From positions 402,380,001 to 402,444,000 of the forward strand of contig OZ024741.1 of the NCBI GenBank assembly GCA_964016885.1: 64,000 nt of DNA, given 5' to 3'. Both the position numbers and the translations under genes were made by a program. The stretch comes from Eledone cirrhosa. Taxonomy: Eukaryota. Positions 1-11,581 of this stretch are shown here, piece after piece; the stretch's first letter is position 1, and every line of letters begins with the position of its first letter. The notes under the pieces are model-generated. The model was not told the origin of the DNA, did not search any database, and worked only from the letters and a program-made list of their open reading frames with translations.

Positions 1-3000
1 CAGTGGCACATCTAGATTAACACCCCAAAGACTGGCTGTACCAGTGGCACATCTAGAGTAACACCCCAAAGACTGGCTGTATCAGTGGCACATCTAGAGT
101 AACACCCCAAAGACTGGCTGTACCAGTGGCACATCTAGAGTAACACCCCAAAGACTGGCTGCACCAGTGGAAAATCTAGAGTGACACCCCAACAACTGCC
201 TGTACCAGTGGCACATCTAGAGTGACACCCCAACAACTGGCTGTACCAGTGGCACATCTAGAGTGGTACCCCAACAACTGGCTGTACCAGTGGCACATCT
301 AGAGTGACACCCCAACAACTGGCTGTACCAGTGGCACATCTAGAGTGGTACCCCAACAACTGGCTGTACCAGCGGCACATCTAGAGTGACACCCCAAAGA
401 CTGGCTGCACCAGTGGCAAATCTAGAGTGACACCCCAACAACTGGCTGTACCAGTGGCACATCTAGAGTGACACCCCAACAACTGGCTGTACCTGTGGCA
501 CATCTAGAGTGACACCCCAACAACTGGCTGTACCAGTGGCACATCTAGAGTGACACCCCAACAACTGGCTGTACCAGTGGCACATCTAGAGTGGTACCCC
601 AACAACTGGCTGTACCAGTGGCACATCTAGAGTGGTACCCCAACAACTGGCTGTACCAATGGCACATCTAGAGTGACACCCCAACAACTGGCTGTACCAG
701 TGGCACATCTAGAGTGGTACCCCAACAACTGGCTGTACCAGTGGCACATCTAGAGTGGTACCCTAACAACTGGCTGTACCAGTGGCACATCTAGAGTGGT
801 ACCCCAACAACTGGCTGTACCAATGGCACATCTAGAGTGACACCCCAACAACTGGCTGTACCAGTGGCACATCTAGAGTGGTACCCCAACAACTGGCTGT
901 ACCAGTGGCACATCTAGAGTGGTACCCCAACAACTGGCTGTACCAGTGGCACATCTAGAGTAACACCCCAACAACTGGCTGTACCAGTGGCACATCTAGA
1001 GTGGTACCCCAACAAGTGGGTGTACCAGTGGCACATCTAGAGTGACACCCCAACAACTGGCTGTACCAGTGGCACATCTAGAGTGGTACCCCAACGACTG
1101 GCTGTACCAGTGGCACATCTAGAGTGACACCCCAACAACTGGCTGTACCAGTGGCACATCTAGAGTAACACCCCAACAACTGGCTGTACCAGTGGTACAT
1201 CTAGAGTGGTACCCCACAACTGGCTGTACCAATGGCACATCTAGAGTAACACCCCAACAACTGGCTGTACCAGTGGCACATCTAGAGTGGTACCCCAACG
1301 ACTGGCTGTACCAGTGGCACATCTAGAGTGGTACCCCAACGACTGGCTGTACCAGTGGCACATCTAGAGTGACACCCCAACAACTGGCTGTACCAGTGGC
1401 ACATCTAGAGTGGTACCCCAACGACTGGCTGTACCAGTGGCACATCTAGAGTGGTACCCCAACAACTGGCTGTACCAATGGCACATCTAGAGTAACACCC
1501 CAACAACTGGCTGTACCAGTGGCACATCTAGAGTGGTACCCCAACAACTGGCTGTACCAGTGGCACATCTAGAGTGACACCCCAAAGACTGGCTGTACCA
1601 GTAGCACATCTAGAGTAACACCCCAACAACTGGCTGTACCAGTGGCACATCTAGAGTGACACCCCAACAACTGGCTGTACCAGTGGCACATCTAGAGTAA
1701 CACCCCAACAACTGGCTGTACCAGTGGCACATCTAGAGTGACACCCAACAACTGGCTGTACCAGTGGCACATCTAGAGTAACACCCCAACAACTGACTGT
1801 ACCAGTGGCACATCTAGAGTAACACCCCAACAACTGGCTGTACCAGTGGCACATCTAGAGTGACACCCAACAACTGGCTGTACCAGTGGCACATCTAGAG
1901 TGACACCCAACAACTTGCTGTACCAGTGGCACATCTAGAGTGACACCCAACAACTGGCTGTACCAGTGGCACATCTAGAGTGACACCCAACAACTGGCTG
2001 TACCAGTGGCACATCTAGAGTGACACCCAACAACTTGCTGTACCAGTGGCACATCTAGAGTAACACCCCAACAACTGGCTGTACCAGTGGCACATCTAGA
2101 GTGGTACCCAACAACTGGCTGTACCAGTGGCACATCTAGAGTGACACGCCAACGACTGGCTGTACCAGTGGCACATCTAGAGTGACACCCAACAACTGGC
2201 TGTACCAGTGGCACATCTAGAGTGACACTCCAACAACTGGCTGTACCAGTGGCACATCTAGAGTTGCACCCCAATAACTGGCTGTACCAGTGGCACATCT
2301 AGAGTGACACCCCAACAACTGTACTAGTGGCACATCTAGAGTGACACCCCACGACTGGCTGTACCAGTGGCACATCTAGAGTGACACCCCAATAACTGGC
2401 TGTACCAGTGGCACATCTAGAGTAACACCCCAAAGACTGGCTGCACCAGTGGCAAATCTAGAGTGACACCCCAACAACTGGCTGTACCAGTGGCACATCT
2501 AGAGTGACACCCAACAACTTGCCGTACCAGTGGCACATCTAGAGTGACACCCCAACAACTGGCTGTACCAGTGGCACATCTAGAGTGGTACCCCAAAGAC
2601 TGGCTGTACCAGTAGCACATCTAGAGTAACACCCCAAAGACTGGCTGTACCAGTAGCACATCTAGAGTAACACCCCAAAGACTGGCTGTACCAGTGGCAC
2701 ATCTAGAGTGACACCCAACAACTGGCTGTACCAGTAGCACATCTAGAGTAACACCCCAAAGACTGGCTGTACCAGTGGCACATCTAGATTAACACCCCAA
2801 AGACTGGCTGTACCAGTGGCACATCTAGAGTAACACCCCAAAGACTGGCTGTATCAGTGGCACATCTAGAGTAACACCCCAAAGACTGGCTGTACCAGTG
2901 GCACATCTAGAGTAACACCCCAAAGACTGGCTGCACCAGTGGAAAATCTAGAGTGACACCCCAACAACTGCCTGTACCAGTGGCACATCTAGAGTGACAC

Positions 3001-6000
3001 CCCAACAACTGGCTGTACCAGTGGCACATCTAGAGTGGTACCCCAACAACTGGCTGTACCAGTGGCACATCTAGAGTGACACCCCAACAACTGGCTGTAC
3101 CAGTGGCACATCTAGAGTGGTACCCCAACAACTGGCTGTACCAGCGGCACATCTAGAGTGACACCCCAAAGACTGGCTGCACCAGTGGCAAATCTAGAGT
3201 GACACCCCAACAACTGGCTGTACCAGTGGCACATCTAGAGTGACACCCCAACAACTGGCTGTACCTGTGGCACATCTAGAGTGACACCCCAACAACTGGC
3301 TGTACCAGTGGCACATCTAGAGTGACACCCCCAACAACTGGCTGTACCAGTGGCACATCTAGAGTGGTACCCCAACAACTGGCTGTACCAATGGCACATC
3401 TAGAGTGACACCCCAACAACTGGCTGTACCAGTGGCACATCTAGAGTGGTACCCCAACAACTGGCTGTACCAGTGGCACATCTAGAGTGGTACCCTAACA
3501 ACTGGCTGTACCAGTGGCACATCTAGAGTGGTACCCCAACAACTGGTTGTACCAATGGCACATCTAGAGTGACACCCCAACAACTGGCTGTACCAGTGGC
3601 ACATCTAGAGTGGTACCCCAACAACTGGCTGTACCAGTGGCACATCTAGAGTGGTACCCCAACAACTGGCTGTACCAGTGGCACATCTAGAGTAACACCC
3701 CAACAACTGGCTGTACCAGTGGCACATCTAGAGTGGTACCCCAACAAGTGGGTGTACCAGTGGCACATCTAGAGTGACACCCCAACAACTGGCTGTACCA
3801 GTGGCACATCTAGAGTGGTACCCCAACGACTGGCTGTACCAGTGGCACATCTAGAGTGACACCCCAACAACTGGCTGTACCAGTGGCACATCTAGAGTAA
3901 CACCCCAACAACTGGCTGTACCAGTGGCACATCTAGAGTGGTACCCCACAACTGGCTGTACCAATGGCACATCTAGAGTAACACCCCAACAACTGGCTGT
4001 ACCAGTGGCACATCTAGAGTGGTACCCCAACGACTGGCTGTACCAGTGGCACATGTAGAGTGGTACCCCAACGACTGGCTGTACCAGTGGCACATCTAGA
4101 GTGACACCCCAACAACTGGCTGTACCAGTGGCACATCTAGAGTGGTACCCCAACGACTGGCTGTACCAGTGGCACATCTAGAGTGGTACCCCAACAACTG
4201 GCTGTACCAATGGCACATCTAGAGTGACACCCCAACAACTGGCTGTACCAGTGGCACATCTAGAGTGGTACCCCAACAACTGGCTGTACCAGTGGCACAT
4301 CTAGAGTGGTACCCTAACAACTGGCTGTACCAGTGGCACATCTAGAGTGGTACCCCAACAACTGGTTGTACCAATGGCACATCTAGAGTGACACCCCAAC
4401 AACTGGCTGTACCAGTGGCACATCTAGAGTGGTACCCCAACAACTGGCTGTACCAGTGGCACATCTAGAGTGGTACCCCAACAACTGGCTGTACCAGTGG
4501 CACATCTAGAGTAACACCCCAACAACTGGCTGTACCAGTGGCACATCTAGAGTGGTACCCCAACAAGTGGGTGTACCAGTGGCACATCTAGAGTGACACC
4601 CCAACAACTGGCTGTACCAGTGGCACATCTAGAGTGGTACCCCAACGACTGGCTGTACCAGTGGCACATCTAGAGTGACACCCCAACAACTGGCTGTACC
4701 AGTGGCACATCTAGAGTAACACCCCAACAACTGGCTGTACCAGTGGCACATCTAGAGTGGTACCCCACAACTGGCTGTACCAATGGCACATCTAGAGTAA
4801 CACCCCAACAACTGGCTGTACCAGTGGCACATCTAGAGTGGTACCCCAACGACTGGCTGTACCAGTGGCACATGTAGAGTGGTACCCCAACGACTGGCTG
4901 TACCAGTGGCACATCTAGAGTGACACCCCAACAACTGGCTGTACCAGTGGCACATCTAGAGTGGTACCCCAACGACTGGCTGTACCAGTGGCACATCTAG
5001 AGTGGTACCCCAAAAACTGGCTGTACCAATGGCACATCTAGAGTAACACCCCAACAACTGGCTGTACCAGTGGCACATCTAGAGTGGTACCCCAACAACT
5101 GGCTGTACCAGTGGCACATCTAGAGTGACACCCCAAAGACTGGCTGTACCAGTAGCACATCTAGAGTAACACCCCAACAACTGGCTGTACCAGTGGCACA
5201 TCTAGAGTGACACCCCAACAACTGGCTGTACCAGTGGCACATCTAGAGTGGTACCCCAACGACTGGCTGTACCAGTGGCACATCTAGAGTGACACCCCAA
5301 CAACTGGCTGTACCAGTGGCACATCTAGAGTAACACCCCAACAACTGGCTGTACCAGTGGCACATCTAGAGTGGTACCCCACAACTGGCTGTACCAATGG
5401 CACATCTAGAGTAACACCCCAACAACTGGCTGTACCAGTGGCACATCTAGAGTGGTACCCCAACGACTGGCTGTACCAGTGGCACATGTAGAGTGGTACC
5501 CCAACGACTGGCTGTACCAGTGGCACATCTAGAGTGGTACCCCAACAACTGGCTGTACCAGTGGCACATCTAGAGTAACACCCCAACAACTGGCTGTACC
5601 AGTGGCACATCTAGAGTGGTACCCCAACAAGTGGGTGTACCAGTGGCACATCTAGAGTGACACCCCAACAACTGGCTGTACCAGTGGCACATCTAGAGTG
5701 GTACCCCAACGACTGGCTGTACCAGTGGCACATCTAGAGTGACACCCCAACAACTGGCTGTACCAGTGGCACATCTAGAGTAACACCCCAACAACTGGCT
5801 GTACCAGTGGCACATCTAGAGTGGTACCCCACAACTGGCTGTACCAATGGCACATCTAGAGTAACACCCCAACAACTGGCTGTACCAGTGGCACATCTAG
5901 AGTGGTACCCCAACGACTGGCTGTACCAGTGGCACATCTAGAGTGGTACCCCAACGACTGGCTGTACCAGTGGCACATCTAGAGTGACACCCCAACAACT

Positions 6001-9000
6001 GGCTGTACCAGTGGCACATCTAGAGTGGTACCCCAACGACTGGCTGTACCAGTGGCACATCTAGAGTGGTACCCCAACAACTGGCTGTACCAATGGCACA
6101 TCTAGAGTAACACCCCAACAACTGGCTGTACCAGTGGCACATCTAGAGTGGTACCCCAACAACTGGCTGTACCAGTGGCACATCTAGAGTGACACCCCAA
6201 AGACTGGCTGTACCAGTAGCACATCTAGAGTAACACCCCAACAACTGGCTGTACCAGTGGCACATCTAGAGTGACACCCCAACAACTGGCTGTACCAGTG
6301 GCACATCTAGAGTAACACCCCAACAACTGGCTGTACCAGTGGCACATCTAGAGTGACACCCAACAACTGGCTGTACCAGTGGCACATCTAGAGTAACACC
6401 CCAACAACTGACTGTACCAGTGGCACATCTAGAGTAACACCCCAACAACTGGCTGTACCAGTGGCACATCTAGAGTGACACCCAACAACTGGCTGTACCA
6501 GTGGCACATCTAGAGTGACACCCAACAACTTGCTGTACCAGTGGCACATCTAGAGTGACACCCAACAACTGGCTGTACCAGTGGCACATCTAGAGTGACA
6601 CCCAACAACTGGCTGTACCAGTGGCACATCTAGAGTGACACCCAACAACTTGCTGTACCAGTGGCACATCTAGAGTAACACCCCAACAACTGGCTGTACC
6701 AGTGGCACATCTAGAGTGGTACCCAACAACTGGCTGTACCAGTGGCACATCTAGAGTGACACCCCAACGACTGGCTGTACCAGTGGCACATCTAGAGTGA
6801 CACCCAACAACTGGCTGTACCAGTGGCACATCTAGAGGAACACCCCAAAGACTGGCTGTACCAGTGGAACATCTAGAGTGACACCCCAACAACTGACTGT
6901 ACCAGTGGCACATCTAGAGTGGTACCCCAACAAGTGGGTGTACCAGTGGCACATCTAGAGTGACACCCCAACAACTGGCTGTACCAGTGGCACATCTAGA
7001 GTGGTACCCCAACGACTGGCTGTACCAGTGGCACATCTAGAGTGACACTCCAACAACTGGCTGTACCAGTGGCACATCTAGAGTTGCACCCCAATAACTG
7101 GCTGTACCAGTGGCACATCTAGAGTGACACCCCAACAACTGGCTGTACCAGTGGCACATCTAGAGTAACACCCCAACAACTGGCTGTACCAGTGGCACAT
7201 CTAGAGTGGTACCCCAACAACTGGCTGTACCAATGGCACATCTAGAGTAACACCCCAACAACTGGCTGTACCAGTGGCACATCTAGAGTGGTACCCCAAC
7301 AACTGGCTGTACCAGTGGCACATCTAGAGTGACACCCAACAACTGGCTGTACCAATGGCACATCTAGAGTAACACCCCAACAACTGACTGTACCAGTGGC
7401 ACATCTAGAGTAACACCCCAACAACTGGCTGTACCAGTGGCACATCTAGAGTGACACCCAACAACTGGCTGTACCAGTGGCACATCTAGAGTGACACCCA
7501 ACAACTTGCTGTACCAGTGGCACATCTAGAGTGACACCCAACAACTGGCTGTACCAGTGGCACATCTAGAGTGACACCCAACAACTGGCTGTACCAGTGG
7601 CACATCTAGAGTGACACCCAACAACTTGCTGTACCAGTGGCACATCTAGAGTAACACCCCAACAACTGGCTGTACCAGTGGCACATCTAGAGTGGTACCC
7701 AACAACTGGCTGTACCAGTGGCACATCTAGAGTGACACCCCAACGACTGGCTGTACCAGTGGCACATCTAGAGTGACACCCAACAACTGGCTGTACCAGT
7801 GGCACATCTAGAGGAACACCCCAAAGACTGGCTGTACCAGTGGAACATCTAGAGTGACACCCCAACAACTGACTGTACCAGTGGCACATCTAGAGTGGTA
7901 CCCCAACAAGTGGGTGTACCAGTGGCACATCTAGAGTGACACCCCAACAACTGGCTGTACCAGTGGCACATCTAGAGTGGTACCCCAACGACTGGCTGTA
8001 CCAGTGGCACATCTAGAGTGACACTCCAACAACTGGCTGTACCAGTGGCACATCTAGAGTTGCACCCCAATAACTGGCTGTACCAGTGGCACATCTAGAG
8101 TGACACCCCAACAACTGACTGTACCAGTGGCACATCTAGAGTGGTACCCCAACAAGTGGGTGTACCAGTGGCACATCTAGAGTGACACCCCAACAACTGG
8201 CTGTACCAGTGGCACATCTAGAGTGGTACCCCAACGACTGGCTGTACCAGTGGCACATCTAGAGTGACACTCCAACAACTGGCTGTACCAGTGGCACATC
8301 TAGAGTTGCACCCCAATAACTGGCTGTACCAGTGGCACATCTAGAGTGACACTCCAACAACTGGCTGTACCAGTGGCACATCTAGAGTTGCACCCCAATA
8401 ACTGGCTGTACCAGTGGCACATCTAGAGTGACACCCCAACAACTGGCTGTACCAGTGGCACATCTAGAGTTGCACCCCAACAACTGGCTGTACCAGTGGC
8501 ACATCTAGAGTGACACCCCAACAACTGGCTGTACCAGTGGCACATCTAGAGTGACACCCCAACAACTGGCTGTACCAGTGGCACATCTAGAGTGACACTC
8601 CATCAACTGGCTGTACCAGTGGCACATCTAGAGTTGCACCCCAATAACTGGCTGTACCAGTGGCACATCTAGAGTGACACCCCAACAACTGGCTGTACCA
8701 GTGGCACATCTAGAGTGACACCCCAACAACTGGCTGTACCAGTGGCACATCTAGAGTAACACCCCAACAACTGGCTGTACCAGTGGCACATCTAGAGTGA
8801 CACCCCAAAGACTGGCTGTACCAGTGGCACATCTAGAGTTACACCCCAACGACTGGCTGTACCAGTGGCACATCTAGAGTTGCACCCCAATAACTGGCTG
8901 TACCAGTGGCACATCTAGAGTGACACTCCAACAAGTGGCTGTACCAGTGGCACATCTAGAGTGACACCCAACGACTGCACCAGTTGTACATCTAGAGTGA

Positions 9001-9934
9001 CACCCCAAAGACTGGCTGTACCAGTGGCACATCTAGAGTTACACCCCAACGACTGGCTGTACCAGTGGCACATCTAGAGTGACACCCCAACAACTGGCTG
9101 TACCAGTGGCACATCTAGAGTGACACCCAACAACTGGCTGTACCAGTGGCACATCTAGAGTTACACCCCAACGATTGGCTGTACCAGTGGCACATCTAGA
9201 GTGACACCCCAACAACTGGCTGTACCAGTGGCACATCTAGAGTGACACTCCAACAACTGGCTGTACCAGTGGCACATCTAGAGTTGCACCCCAACAACTG
9301 GCTGTACCAGTGGCACATCTAGAGTGACACCCCAACAACTGTACCAGTGGCACATCTAGAGTGACACCCCAACAACTGTACCAGTGGCACATCTAGAGTC
9401 GTACCCCAACAACTGGCTGTACCAGTGGCACATCTAGAGTGACACCCCAATAACTGGCTGTACCAGTGGCACATCTAGAGTGACACCCAACGACTGCACC
9501 AGTGGCACATCTAGAGTGACACCCAACAACTGGCTGTACCAGTGGCACATCTAGAGTGACACTCCAACAACTGGCTGTACCAGTGGCACATCTAGAGTTG
9601 CACCCCAATAACTGGCTGTACCAGTGGCACATCTAGAGTGACACCCCAACAACTGTACTAGTGGCACATCTAGAGTGACACCCCACGACTGGCTGTACCA
9701 GTGGCACATCTAGAGTGACACCCCAATAACTGGCTGTACCAGTGGCACATCTAGAGTGACACCCAACGACTGCACCAGTGGCACATCTAGAGTGACACCC
9801 AACAACTGCACCAGTGGCACATCTAGAGTGACACACAACGACTGCACCAGTGGCACATCTAGAGTGACACCCAACAACTGCACCAGTGGCACATCTAGAG
9901 TGACACCCAACAACTGCACCAGTTGTTGGGGTGT
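1..9934. repeat. 41-bp tandem satellite (consensus CAGTGGCACATCTAGAGTGACACCCCAACAACTGGCTGTAC), about 240 monomers, open at the left edge of the window
   Basis: Head-to-tail monomers, nearly all with an XbaI site. Variation is concentrated in GTGACAC/GTAACAC/GTGGTAC and AACA/AACG/AAAG. 40-bp and 35-36-bp deletion variants occur, the short ones mostly at the right end. Confidence 0.98.
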
Positions 9935-10011
9935 AATTGATTGATTGTGTAATCATCATTTAATGTCCATTCCTGATTGAACCCGTGACTCTTATATATA
10001 AATATATATAT

Positions 10012-10360
10012 GGAGGCACATGGCTTAGTGGTTAGAGCATTGGCCTTGCAATCGTAAGGTTGTGAGTTCAATTCTCAGACCGGGTGATGCGCTGTTTCCT
10101 TGAGCAAGACACTTTATTTCACATTGCTCCAGTTTACTCAGCTGTAGAAATGAGATGATAGGTGAGGTAGTGAAGGGGTCCCTATCATTCCACTGCAAAG
10201 TGGTCGTGGAGGTGCCACGGCAAAAAAGCACCCAGCACTCACTGTAAATGAGGTTGGTGTTAGGAAGGGCATCCAGCTGTAGAAATTAAGCCAGATCAGT
10301 TGCCGTCCCACCCTTGCAAGCAGGGAAAAGTGGACGTGAAAATGAAATGATGAATGATGA
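10012..10360 (+). mobile_element. tRNA-derived CORE-type SINE with RTE-like 3' tail
   Basis: A box TGGCTTAGTGG (10021), B box GAGTTCAATTC (10064). The central CCTTGAGCAAGACACTTTA...CTCAGCTGTAGAAATGAG resembles the MIR/CORE domain. The tail GTTGGTGTTAGGAAGGGCATCC...GGGAAAAGTGGACG(ATGA)n is shared with RTE 3' ends. Near-identical copies at 58755 and 59675. Confidence 0.85.
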
Positions 10361-10559
10361 TATATATATATAATTGTATTAATATATGTATATATATATA
10401 AAACTTTACTGTTGAGTTGCATTTAAACTATTGTAAAACTATATTCATTGATTAATCAATGAACCATGTTTAACTTTTGGTTATATATATATTTGAAAAA
10501 AAGAAAAGAATGACTTCACTTGTAGTTCTAAATAATTTGAGTTGATTTTATAATATTAT

Positions 10560-10750
10560 AATTGTTTCTACAATAGGCACAGGGCCAGCAATTATATCAG
10601 TGTATTACTGGTACTTTATTTTATCGACCCCGTAAGGATGAAAGGCAAAGTTAACCTCGACGGTATTTGAACTCAGAATGGCAAGGGCCGTAACTCTATG
10701 CTAGAATGCATGGTGTCCGACCCTCTACCGGTACTGCCAATTCACCGCCC
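10560..10750 (-). mobile_element. second SINE family (tRNA-like head, GCCTTTCATCC..GGGGTCGATAAAAT central domain)
   Basis: Minus strand starts GGGCGGTGAATTGGCAG, with a B-box-like GAGTTCAAATAC. The central domain resembles the Meta-type SINE domain as I recall it. Homologous copies at 39958-40290 and 40818-40950. Confidence 0.7.
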
Positions 10751-10982
10751 TATTTTATAATATAATATTATGAGTTGGTAGATCTAGTAAGTTGTTTAAC
10801 TTCGGTGGGAGGATTTTTAAAGATTCCTGGTTAACTTTCTTGTATTCATCAGTGGGGATTGTCTGAGATCAGGTTGTGTTGTGATGTGTTACTCTATATA
10901 TGAGAGATTTGGGTGTGTTGGGGGAGGGGTGTGTTAATAAGTGAGGTAGTGAAGGAGTGTTGAAGATTTAAAGGAATAAAAG

Positions 10983-11018
<36 letters not shown>

Positions 11019-11106
11019 AAATGTTAAAGGTTGACAGCAAGATGACAGTGTTTAAGAAGGGGGTTGTAAAAGTCCCCTCCTGCTGGTTCCATTTCAATAG
11101 ATCACC

Positions 11107-11167
<61 letters not shown>

Positions 11168-11345
11168 TGGTAAACGGAATAGAAAATGCTGACAAATGGT
11201 TTAATTAGGAATAAAAGAGTATTAGTGATTGTATGGGTTAGTATTCAGTTGTGGTTTTAAGTTTTTAAGTTTTTACCGGCTGCGCATTTCTAAATGCTTT
11301 TCAAAAATAATTTTGAGATAGAGTGTCCGTGCTGTTTGCTCTGAT

Positions 11346-11348
<3 letters not shown>

Positions 11349-11394
<46 letters not shown>

Positions 11395-11418
11395 CATATA
11401 TATATATATATATATATG

Positions 11419-11513
<95 letters not shown>

Positions 11514-11526
11514 GTATGTATATATG

Positions 11527-11561
<35 letters not shown>

Positions 11562-11581
11562 ATATATATATGTATATATAT
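11349..11581. repeat. (TA)n microsatellite with TG interruptions
   Basis: Direct reading. Confidence 0.97.

Noticed and set aside
1-9934. CRISPR array
   Set aside because: Repeat length and dyad symmetry are suggestive, but there are no unique spacers or cas genes, and the context is eukaryotic.
1119-9959. Cys-rich repeat ORFs (MCHWYSQ...)
   Set aside because: Translations of a 41-bp unit that is not a multiple of 3; they stay open only through 1-bp deletions.
10012-10085. Functional tRNA gene
   Set aside because: A and B boxes are present, but there is no proper acceptor or anticodon stem; it continues into the CORE domain and tail, so it is a SINE head.
11270-11308. Active hammerhead on the minus strand
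   Set aside because: TTGAAAA, stem II and CCGG-TA are present, but GAAA is GCAG and stem I is only A/T; treated as a decayed relative of 17119.
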